A stretch of 64,000 bases of DNA, from NCBI GenBank assembly GCA_963827235.1, contig CAWHAE010000009.1, positions 512,001 to 576,000 on the forward strand. Direction: 5' to 3'. Source of the DNA: an uncultured bacterium. GTDB lineage: Bacteria; Chloroflexota; UBA5177; JANWHV01. Made by a program: the position numbers and the translations under genes. The notes beneath the pieces are model-generated. The model worked only from the letters and a program-made list of their open reading frames with translations. It had not been told where the DNA came from and did no database searches. Each line of letters starts with the position of its first letter. The first letter of the stretch is position 1. Positions 1 through 9,400 of this stretch are shown piece after piece.

Positions 1-5
1 CGACG

Positions 6-1298
6 GTGGCCACTCTCGGCGTCAATTTGCTGCGCCATCTTATCGCCCTGATCGATCCGGCCGGACCGGGCATGGTGCTCCCGGCGGCTGGCGATTGGCT
101 GTACCGGCACGTGGGAGACCTGCACTCGTGGCTCGCGACGATCACCGGCGCGAGCCACTCCAGCCCTGCCCTCGATTGGCCGGGCTGGTCATATTCGGCT
201 GCCGTGTTTCCTCACTTCAATGAGCTCAGGACCTGGTTTGGCTTTACCGGCGGGCTGGCTGTGTACGGAGCACTTGCCGCTGCTCTCTGGGCCGCGCTCC
301 GCCGCCGGGCAGGTATTGCCGCCCTCTGCGCCGCGGGGGCGACCTCGTTCCTGTTGCTCACTGCTCTTCTCTTGCGCTGGCAGCCATGGCAGGGGCATCT
401 CCTGGCCACCCTGCCGGCACTCTGCTGCCCGGTCATTGCCGTGGCCGCGGATTGGTTGGCGGCGTGTCGCGCCGGCTCCTTGGTGCTGTGCGCGGTCGCC
501 ATGTACGCAGCGGCGGGTGGACCAACCGCCGCCGTGCTCAACCAGCAGCGCCCGCTCTCCGCCTGGACGGAGAGCTACGACGACCAGCAGGCGGCATGGT
601 TCACGCAGATCACACCCGTGCTCACGGCCGCAGACCGCCTGCTGCCGTCGCAGGCGCGCGCCGGCGTGCTTTTCCCGAGCGCCGACAACAACCACTGGGA
701 GCTGCCGTTCTTCGGCCCGAATCTGACTCGCACGCTCATACCGATCAGGCTCCCGGTGAGCGCGGGAAGCTACCCCGGAGCGGCGCCTTTCAGCTATGCC
801 GCGCCCTTTGGCTACCTGATCACCCAAGCTTCGGACGACATCGTCGCGGAATTCTTCGCGCGACAGCCTGCTTTGCGCTGCCTCACGCTCGCACGGGTGA
901 GCGCAGGGTGGCTCGGCCCATACGTGTTCTACCGCTGTACCGGAGTCACGCGCGACATGCTCTATCGCGCGGCGATCGGCGACCAGAATGCCGGCGACTT
1001 CTCGGACGATCTCGTGCAGCTGGACGAGATCGCGCGCGCCGATCCGACCTATCAGCAGCTTCTCTTCGCCCGCGGCTGGGCGGAATGGAACCTGGGCCGG
1101 CGCGCGGACGCCATAGCCGACTATCGCGCCTATTTGCGGATGCATCCGGACGATGCCCAGGCCCAGCTTAACCTGGGCTACAGCTTTGCCGTGATGAACC
1201 GCTGTAGCGAGGCAATTGGGCCGCTCCGGAAGGCTCTCGAGCTACGGCCATCGTGGCAGGCCGCGCGCCGGGATCTTGCCGTATGCGGGGTCAAGTGA
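6..1298 (+). CDS. Membrane protein (probable GT-C/ArnT-like glycosyltransferase 3' part) with C-terminal TPR repeats; probably 5'-truncated by window edge
   Basis: Several hydrophobic helices in the first ~180 aa; C-terminal TPR pattern (LFARGWAEWNLGRRADAIADYRAYLRMHPDDAQAQLNLGYSFAVMNRCSEAIGPLRKALELRP). Confidence 0.6.
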   Translation: MATLGVNLLRHLIALIDPAGPGMVLPAAGDWLYRHVGDLHSWLATITGASHSSPALDWPGWSYSAAVFPHFNELRTWFGFTGGLAVYGALAAALWAALRRRAGIAALCAAGATSFLLLTALLLRWQPWQGHLLATLPALCCPVIAVAADWLAACRAGSLVLCAVAMYAAAGGPTAAVLNQQRPLSAWTESYDDQQAAWFTQITPVLTAADRLLPSQARAGVLFPSADNNHWELPFFGPNLTRTLIPIRLPVSAGSYPGAAPFSYAAPFGYLITQASDDIVAEFFARQPALRCLTLARVSAGWLGPYVFYRCTGVTRDMLYRAAIGDQNAGDFSDDLVQLDEIARADPTYQQLLFARGWAEWNLGRRADAIADYRAYLRMHPDDAQAQLNLGYSFAVMNRCSEAIGPLRKALELRPSWQAARRDLAVCGVK

Positions 1299-1564
1299 GT
1301 CTGATTCAGTGCAGCTTGTATCAGGCGTGGTCGCCAATGAGCTACGGGTTACCAGGCACCCGCGTTCGAGCGGGCACCGGCCACGCGTGGATCTACAGAC
1401 AGTGCGGTGTCACGAAAGGGCTGCCTGAATGGAGAGGTCCGTCGAGTGCGCCATCCCTGTCCCACCGGTCCTACCTTACACTGTATGCTGAGAATCGAGG
1501 CCGGGAAGCCGCCGGGCGCGCCCGGCGAAGCACCCTCAGCCGCGGATCGAGGCACGACGACGCC

Positions 1565-3229
1565 ATGCAGAGTACCTGTAGCCATTGCGGAGCAACGGTA
1601 TCGGGCAACCACCGTTATTGCCCGGTCTGCGGCGCCCGCCTGGGTGGTCCTGCGCCGGCGGCGCCGGTGCGGCGTCCGAGTGCGGTAGTACCCGGCGCGC
1701 CGGTCGGCGGCGGCCTCGTGCTGGGCGATCGGTATGCGGTCGATCACGTGCTCGGACGCGGCGGCATGAGTACCGTCTACCGCGCCTACGATACGCACTT
1801 CTCCAACCGCGTGGTCGCCGTGAAGGAGATGGTCGATACGTTCGCCACGCCCGAGGAGCGCGCCGAAGCCGAGCGGGACTTCTTGCGCGAGGCGGATCTG
1901 CTGGCAGGTCTCCGCCATGCCGCCATTCCCGCGGTCTTCGATCGCTTCAGCGCCAACAGCCGCCACTACCTCGTCATGGAGTACATCGCCGGGGAGAACC
2001 TGGAGAAGGCAGTGGCGGCGCGTTCCGAGCCTTACTCGGAGGTGCAGGTTCGCACCTGGGCGCAGGCACTGTGTGGCGTGCTGCGTTACCTCCACGATCA
2101 GCAGCCTGCCATCATCTTCCGCGACCTCAAGCCGGGCAACATTCTCGTGGAGCCGGGCGGCCGCCTGCGGCTGATCGACTTCGGCATCGCTCGCTTCTTC
2201 AAACACAGCCAGACCACCGACACTACGGCCCTTGGCACGAGCGGCTATGCATCACCGGAGCACTACACCGGACAAACCGACGCCCGATCCGACATCTACT
2301 CGCTGGCAGCAACCATGCACCATCTGCTGACCCTGCGCGATCCCTCGCGGCAGCCTCCCTTCCAGTTCCCGGCCGTGCGAAGCCTCAACCCGGCCGTCTC
2401 GCCCGAGCTGGACCAGATCATCGCCAGGGGATTGGATCCGGATCGAGGCAAGCGCTTTGCCAACGTGCCCGAGTTCGAGGCAGCGTTGCAGGGCAAGGCG
2501 CGCCCGGCCCGCCAGAGGCCCGCCGCAGGCGGCGGTCCCGGGAATACTGCCACGGCAGATCCGGCGCAGCCTGCCGCTTCCCCGATGAACGGAAGCAAGC
2601 AGGCGGCCGCCACGACCATGCTCATGCCCGGAACGCTGGTGCTGGTGATCACCCGCGTCCGGCGTGGAGCCGATCTGAACGCCGTTGCCAACGAGATGGC
2701 GCCGCTGACCGACCAGACTCCTCCCGAGGCGCAGCAGCTACTGCGCCGCCTGCCGGTGGTGACCCCGCTCGCGACCATCGCCCAGCTCGGCACGCGGCTC
2801 AAGCGGCTTCGCGAGCTGGGAACTGACGCGCAGCAGGTAGTGCCTGCCACCGAGTCGGTCCACCTCGACCCCACGCTGAGACAGGAGCTGCTGACCAACC
2901 ATCAGATCGTGATCTGGGACGTCAAGGTCGGCGCCGGGCGCACCTGCTACTGCCGGCGCTGCGGGCATCGCTGGTTGACCAGCAAGGCGGTGGGCGATAG
3001 CGTGCCACAGCAGTGCTATCGTTGCGGCGCCAAGGACTGGAGCCGGCGTCGCCTCTGCAAGTGCGCCTGGTGCGGTCACGAGTTCGAGGTGCACGACTAC
3101 CGGCAAAGTCCAGATCGGCTGAGGCCGGTGTGCGAGTGCTGTGGCTTGCGCGACTGGCTGCTGGGCCGCAGGAGCGGCTGGCAGGGCCTGGTGCAGTCGT
3201 TCCGCGAGCTGCTGGGATTGCCCGGATAA
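1565..3229 (+). CDS. Hanks-type Ser/Thr protein kinase with N-terminal Zn ribbon and C-terminal Zn-ribbon repeats
   Basis: LGRGGMSTVY, VAVKEM, FRDLKPGN, DFG, GTSGYASPE, SDIYSL motifs; ATG 1565 begins MQSTCSHCG...CPVCG. Confidence 0.92.
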   Translation: MQSTCSHCGATVSGNHRYCPVCGARLGGPAPAAPVRRPSAVVPGAPVGGGLVLGDRYAVDHVLGRGGMSTVYRAYDTHFSNRVVAVKEMVDTFATPEERAEAERDFLREADLLAGLRHAAIPAVFDRFSANSRHYLVMEYIAGENLEKAVAARSEPYSEVQVRTWAQALCGVLRYLHDQQPAIIFRDLKPGNILVEPGGRLRLIDFGIARFFKHSQTTDTTALGTSGYASPEHYTGQTDARSDIYSLAATMHHLLTLRDPSRQPPFQFPAVRSLNPAVSPELDQIIARGLDPDRGKRFANVPEFEAALQGKARPARQRPAAGGGPGNTATADPAQPAASPMNGSKQAAATTMLMPGTLVLVITRVRRGADLNAVANEMAPLTDQTPPEAQQLLRRLPVVTPLATIAQLGTRLKRLRELGTDAQQVVPATESVHLDPTLRQELLTNHQIVIWDVKVGAGRTCYCRRCGHRWLTSKAVGDSVPQQCYRCGAKDWSRRRLCKCAWCGHEFEVHDYRQSPDRLRPVCECCGLRDWLLGRRSGWQGLVQSFRELLGLPG

Positions 3230-3672
3230 GGCGCTTTCGCCCTAGTGCTCGCAGGCAGATCTGCCGATACCTCTATATAGAGGTAGAGGCCGCTCGGGGC
3301 CTCGTCCACTCCAGCCAGTCGTGGTCGCCGCGACAAGAGGTGGCAAAACGGCAGCATCGCACCGATCCCGCGCGCAGCGCGCCGCATGGCGCTCCGGCGG
3401 GACTCCCTGCCTTGGTACTATCGGGCGGTATGGCACGCGGTCCCGTTGGACTAGAATGGGACCAATCCTGGGTGCCCAGCCGGAGGTGAGCGTGGTGGCG
3501 TGCGTTCGACACGCGGAAGCGCTCGTGGATCGTTGTCTCCGATCAGGCAGCTATTGGGTGGGCATCCGGCGGCCCGTTAATCGTGGCGAGGTCCGGCACG
3601 AGCCGGGTTGGCGGCTCGGAGAAGTTGTGCCGCCACGCCGGTGGCGGACGCGAATCAAACAGGAGACCAGAC

Positions 3673-4239
3673 ATGATCGCTGAAGAACCGGTAGGCCAGG
3701 AGGAAGCGACGGTACCGGACTCCGAGTGGTGCTACCTGGTGTCGCTCGGCGGCAGCCTTTTCGCGGTGCCGGACAATAGTCGCACGGTCTTGCTCCCCTA
3801 CATCAGTGGCGTTCCCACCATTACCCCCCTGCCCAAAGGCCTCGTCCCCGCCTACGTCCTTGGTCTGATCAACGTCGCGCAGCACGGTGAGCTGCTGATC
3901 GACCTGCCCCGCCTGCTTGGCCTGCGCAGCGGTCCCGTGGGACCGACGGTCGCCGAGAGCCGCCGCGTGCTGGTGATCGGCGAGTCCGTCCCACCCGAGG
4001 TCGGCGAGTATCGACTCGCCTTTGCCGTGGACTACGGCTATGAGCTGTTTCAGGTCGCCCAGGCTACGCCAAGCGTGTCCCATCCGCTCGGCTCGTTCAT
4101 CACCTCGATAGTCGAGACGCCCCATGGAGAGGCAGCCAGGCTGGATATGGAAGAGGTCTGTAACGCAGCGCTCAAGGATATGGGAGCCGAGCGACTGTGG
4201 AATCAGCCAGCGCGTATTCATGATGAGGTAGATGAATAG
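3673..4239 (+). CDS. CheW-like (PilI-like) coupling protein
   Basis: RBS AGGAG; ITPLP..VPAYVLGLINV...LIDLPRLLGL and LAFAVD motifs typical of CheW. Confidence 0.8.
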   Translation: MIAEEPVGQEEATVPDSEWCYLVSLGGSLFAVPDNSRTVLLPYISGVPTITPLPKGLVPAYVLGLINVAQHGELLIDLPRLLGLRSGPVGPTVAESRRVLVIGESVPPEVGEYRLAFAVDYGYELFQVAQATPSVSHPLGSFITSIVETPHGEAARLDMEEVCNAALKDMGAERLWNQPARIHDEVDE

Positions 4240-4586
4240 ATAGGGCGATTACCGCGATTAGCACGGTTCTTGGCTCCGGTCAGACTGATGACACAATTGT
4301 GGGGTGGTACCAATAGGCTATGTCGTAGCAGGAGGCAGCGGACTATACTGGGCTACGCGGGCGTATGCGCGTTTTTTGCAGTCCTGCCCCTCGTGTAGCA
4401 GGCATGGTGCGCCCGGCAAAACGTTCTGAGATCTCGAAGCCTTTCTCCTTGGAGCCAATGCTACCAGGAGATAGGTTGCACATCACGAAAGCTGGCTCGA
4501 GGATACGCCGACGATCAGAGGGTTAAGAGAGTCGAAGGGGAGCACGCGCCGGGGAGGCGCACCCGGATACCACGATTGGAGGACCG

Positions 4587-5741
4587 ATGTTAGCAACCCT
4601 ATTCGTTATCGTTCTCATAGCGATTCTCGCGCTGGCTATCTGGATGTACGCCACGAGGAGGATCCGGGAGAGCGTCGAGCAGAGTGAAGCGCAGATGCGC
4701 GAGAAGTCCGAAGCGCTGGCGGAAGACATTGTCGCCGTATCGCAGGCTTTGGCAAACGCCCGAGAGGGCGATCTCACGGTGCAGGTGCCGGATAGCGAGT
4801 CCGAAGTAGGGCTCCTCTCCCTCTCTCTCAACGGCCTGATCAACGACTACGGGCAGATCGTGGGCGGCATCATTCACGCCTCCCAAGCAGTCCAGGAAGG
4901 CGCGGCCCGCGTAGACGAGGGCGTGCGGCGTATCGTGGACGTAGCGACGAGCCAGGCTGAGTCGGTCGCCCAGGTAGCTTCGAGTGTCGACGTCGTGGCC
5001 TCCTCCGCCGTGGACGTGCAGCATGACACCGAGACGGCAACCACCCTGGCGGCAAACTCGCGCCTCGCCGTGAACTCCGGCCAGGAATCCGTGGGCCGCA
5101 TCGCGGAGGCCGTCGACGCTATCAAGGAAGCGGCTATCGGCACCACACGCGAGTTCAAGCGCCTGCAGGAAGACTCGATCCGACTGACCGCCCTCGTGGC
5201 ATCGGTCAAGAGCAACGCCGAGAACCTCGACATGCAGGCCGCGAACGCCACCCTCGAAGCCCGCCACCTGGGCACGGAATCCGGCTCCGCGTTCGCCACC
5301 AACATCGGCCGTCTGGCCCGCCAGGCGCAGGACACGCTCGCCGACGCGGAAGGCGCGGTCCGCAGTGTGGTAACGTCCATCGACGAGGTCAACCGGCGTA
5401 TCGAGCGCATTTCGGAACAGGTACGGCGCGGCGTCGAGGAAGTGCGCACCGTGCGCACCACGTTCGATCAGATCACCCAGACCAACACTTCGCTGGTACA
5501 GTTCATCGACAACGTGGCCGATGCGGCCGGTGCCCAGGCGCACTCCGCCCAGCAGGCTGCACGGTCGATCGGCGAAATCGCCCAGGTGTTCGAGCAGTTC
5601 ACCGAGCTGCTGATTACCTCCGGCGACGAGATTGCGAACATGCGCCTCGTCGTAGCCGGTTTGCGCGAGTCGGTCGCCGATCTCAAGGTAAGCCCCGAGG
5701 TCGATCGTAGACCTGCTTTGTCCGCGGAAAGCGCGGCATGA
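4587..5741 (+). CDS. Divergent methyl-accepting chemotaxis protein (single TM, HAMP, signalling domain; no sensory domain)
   Basis: RBS GGAGG; N-terminal TM; HAMP (GDLTVQVP...EVGLLSLSLNGL); heptad MA domain with degenerate tip NAENLDMQAANATLEARHLG. Confidence 0.85.
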   Translation: MLATLFVIVLIAILALAIWMYATRRIRESVEQSEAQMREKSEALAEDIVAVSQALANAREGDLTVQVPDSESEVGLLSLSLNGLINDYGQIVGGIIHASQAVQEGAARVDEGVRRIVDVATSQAESVAQVASSVDVVASSAVDVQHDTETATTLAANSRLAVNSGQESVGRIAEAVDAIKEAAIGTTREFKRLQEDSIRLTALVASVKSNAENLDMQAANATLEARHLGTESGSAFATNIGRLARQAQDTLADAEGAVRSVVTSIDEVNRRIERISEQVRRGVEEVRTVRTTFDQITQTNTSLVQFIDNVADAAGAQAHSAQQAARSIGEIAQVFEQFTELLITSGDEIANMRLVVAGLRESVADLKVSPEVDRRPALSAESAA

Positions 5742-6427
5742 ACGCCACAGAGCTGCTCGCGCAGGGCGGAGAGCGTGATTCAACGTCCGCCGATCCCGTG
5801 CTCAGCCACCTATTGGAGCGGATGCTCGAGGCGAGCCAGGGCAACGCCGACCAGTTGATCGGCGCCGTGCAGCGGGTGACGCGCGAGCTGTCCTCGCTCA
5901 CCTTCAATTTCAACGGGCACGCCATTCGCTCCGGCATACGCAGCGCTGAGCTGCAGGCTCTCGACCATCAGCTCGACGAGGCGAGCTCCGTGCTCAATCG
6001 CACCGTCTTCGATCTGCAGCAGCGTCTGCTTCGCGACAGCCAAACCTTGCAGCCGCTCACGCGCATCTTCGAGGTCGTCGATCTCGAAGATGAGCGACCG
6101 GCACCTCTACGGCTGCGCGAGCGGATTGATGGCTACTGCGAGGCGCTCGAGCGGGAGTACGAGGGCATCCGCGAGACCCTGGCGGCGTTGAGCTTCCGCC
6201 TGGCGCTGATGGGCAACAACATCGAGATCGCGGCCTGCCGGGCCGGCAGCGCGGATGTCTCCGCGCCCGTCGATCTCTTCTGCGTGATGGCCAACCAGCT
6301 CCGCTTACTGGCCGACCGCTTGAGAAACGCTACCGCCGATCTGCGCATCTTCCAGCAGTCGCAGAACGGCTATGCCGAGTCACTTCGGGTGACCCTGGCC
6401 AACTACAGTCGGGGGACGGCAGCGTGA
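5738..6427 (+). CDS. Short soluble MCP-tip-like helical protein
   Basis: LALMGNNIEIAACRAG...FCVMANQLRLLA resembles the MCP hairpin LLALNAAIEAARAG...[12 protein letters not shown]; ATGA and GTGA overlaps with neighbours. Confidence 0.65.
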   Translation: MNATELLAQGGERDSTSADPVLSHLLERMLEASQGNADQLIGAVQRVTRELSSLTFNFNGHAIRSGIRSAELQALDHQLDEASSVLNRTVFDLQQRLLRDSQTLQPLTRIFEVVDLEDERPAPLRLRERIDGYCEALEREYEGIRETLAALSFRLALMGNNIEIAACRAGSADVSAPVDLFCVMANQLRLLADRLRNATADLRIFQQSQNGYAESLRVTLANYSRGTAA

Positions 6428-9400
6428 GTGATTCTGTAGACCGCCTGCAAGCAGCCCTGGCGGCGGCGCTGGCCGCGCCGCCGGCCGCGCCGGGCAGCCC
6501 CGAGGAAGAGGAAGGCGCCGACATCGCCACGCCGCGCGCCAAGGCTGCCTCGGCTCTTGAGGCCGCCCTGCGCGATCGCCTGGAATGGCACTGGGACCGC
6601 GATCAGCACCAGGGCGAGCAATTGTGCCGCGTCCTGGCAGACATGTGCATGTGGCATGAGCACACCACGCTGCGCGACAAGGTGCTCGATCTGCAGCGCA
6701 AAGGCATCGCCTTGCTCGCAGCCGTTCCCGATGGGGAGCCGAGCGCGGGCGACGTGGGCGATATCGAAGACGAGTATCAGGCGATAAAGCCGCGCGAGGA
6801 TGACGCAGCGGCTATTGCCGCCGCGCTCGGCATGACGCTGGAAGAAGCGAAGGCGTTCGGCCTCGTGGGTACGCTCACCAGCGTCGGTTTCGAGGAAGAA
6901 GGACCGGTTCCGGTCGCAGCGGGCGTCTCCGCCGAGGCCGAGCAGCCCGAAGAGGATCTCGAGACGCTCTTCCGGCGCGAGGCAAAGAACCGCGCCTCCA
7001 AGGATCTGCCGTCTGCCTTGCAGAATTTCTGGGGCAATCAGCAGTCGATGGACCTCATGCTGACGGTCCGTCGCGGCTTCCACACGATCAAGGGCGACGC
7101 CCGCATGACCGCGGTCTCCGCTCCTCCGGAGGTTGCCGAGGAGCTCGAGGGATTGGCGGTGCTCTCGGAAGCGGCGGAAGACATCGTCGACTACTTGCTC
7201 GGCGATGACTACGATCCGTCGCAGCCCGCGCCTCCGCTGCCTCCCGGCGCCTTCAGCCTGATGAACGAGGTCGCCAATGCCCTCGTTCGGCGGCTCGAGC
7301 TACGCCGTCCGCTGGACAATGAAGTTACCCTGCTCAAGCGGCTGGCTGCTATGCAGCGGAAGGCCGCGGCGCAAGCCGGCGTGGTGATCGACGAGGCGTC
7401 GCTGGCCGCCAAGATCCCGCTCCCCACCATGCCCGCCGCAGCACCGAAGGTGCAGCGGCAAGAACCGGTTTCCACCACGGGACATTCACTGCTGCCCACC
7501 TTCTTGGACGAGGCGAAACGCTTGATGCCCGATCTGCATCGCGCTCTCGGCATTCTGAGCACCACGCCGTCCGACGAAGCATCGCTGCTCCTGGCTCGCC
7601 GCAAGCTGCACACCCTCAAAGGTGGCGCTGCCCTCATTGGCGCTGAGGCGGTCGACATCCAGATGATCGCGCATCATGCCGAGGATCTCTTCGAGCTGAT
7701 CGAAGACGTCCAGCTCCGTGGCGAGCTGAATGAAGTGCCGAAAGATGTGCTCGACGGTGTGCTCGACGCCGAAGACGCCCTGCAGACTCTCCTGGATAAC
7801 CTGGAGCATGTGAACTCGGGCGGGCGCAGTCCCGTGCAGCCGCTGCTGCAGGATCCGGCGGAGCTCGTCACGCGTCTCCAGCAGATCACCGAGCGCGTTC
7901 GCACCGGCGACGTTGCACCGGCGGCGCCTGTGGCCGTGTCCGAGGAGCCCGCCGCCATGCCGGCGGCCAAGGCGGCCGCGCCAATCGCGGAAGCGGGCGC
8001 CGAAGTACCGGCGCAACCGATCACGGACCCTGCTCTCTTGCAGCGCGTGGTGATACCACCGCCGGTCGCACGGCCGCCGGCTCGCATGGTCAGCCTGCGC
8101 GACCTGAGCTTCCGGCGGTTCATCGAGAAGAGCGAGCAGGGCCAGGTGCGCAGCCGTACGGCCGTGATCGACCGCCTGGCAGCCGTCGAGGAACGCGCCC
8201 GTATGACAAGCGGCGCGTTCTCCCTGTTCATCGGCGTGCAGCAAATGTCCCAGTATATAGAGGAGCAGGCCCGATATCACGATCTGGTTGGCGAGAAGGG
8301 CCAGCTCTACATCTTCGGCGCGCTCGACCAGGTGCCGTCGCCCCTGTCCCGCGTTACCCTCGTGCCGCTCGTCGAAGGCGACGAGCTGCTGCGCGAGCGC
8401 TTCGCCATCTTCGAATCGCCGGAGTTCAGCACGGGATTCGTCGCCCATGACACTGCCGACGACGTAGAGGGCAGCGGCAGACGCTTCCTTTGCCTGGCGA
8501 TCGAAGAACACGTGACCCTGGCCGAGATGTCGGACCTGCTTCGCACGGCCATCCGCCGCGGTGGCGCCCTGGTGGCGGCGAGGCGCACGGCGCTGCACAG
8601 CATGTCGGCGCTCAAGCCGCTGCCTCGGCTGCAGCCGCCCATCACCCGCCGGGACCGCGCACTGCCGGTAGAGATCACGCCGCGGCGACAGCAGGACTTT
8701 GGCAAGGACGTCAGCGTGCGCAATGCCCTGACGGCGCTGGAAGATCTCTCGGTCACACGCGACTCCCTGCAAGGCCTCGTGACGCGCATGTCACAGCAAC
8801 GCGTAGAGGGTCGTCGCAGCGGCGTGCGCCTGCGCACACTGATCGAGCGGGTGGGCTCGGAGCTGGCAGGTCTGCGATCGGAGCTGGTGCGCACGACTCG
8901 CCGCACTGGTGATTGGGATCTGCTTGAAAAGGAAGAGTTCACCACGGTCGACGTGCTGCTCGGTCAGCTCGACGAAGCCCTCGCCGACCTCGAGGAGTCC
9001 GACACTAACCTGCGTCGGGATCTCGCCGAAGCGACCGCGCAGGTCGAGATCCAGGCCGACAAGGCGCTGAGCGCCCAGCGCGCTCTGCTCGATATCAGCA
9101 TGATTCCGCTTTCGCAGATCAAGGATCGTTTGGCCCATGCCGTGCGCTCCGCCAGCAGGCGGCTGCGCAAGCAGGTCGAGTTCGCGCTCGAAGGCGGCGA
9201 TCTGGTGCTCGACGGGCGGATCGCCGAGGCCGTGTTCGAGCCGATCATGCACCTGATCAATAATGCGCTCGACCATGGCATTGAGACGAGCACCGGTGAG
9301 CGTGTCGAGGCCGGAAAGACGATCGAGGGTCACCTGACCATCCGCGGGCGCTCCACGGGCGACGGCGTGGCTATCGACGTCAGCGACGACGGCCGTGGGA

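Noticed and set aside
4240-4586. c-di-GMP riboswitch or lost MCP sensory domain in the spacer before the MCP
   Set aside because: GGCAAAAC is present but the GEMM stems and GCAAAG are not; no sensory-domain remnant recognised
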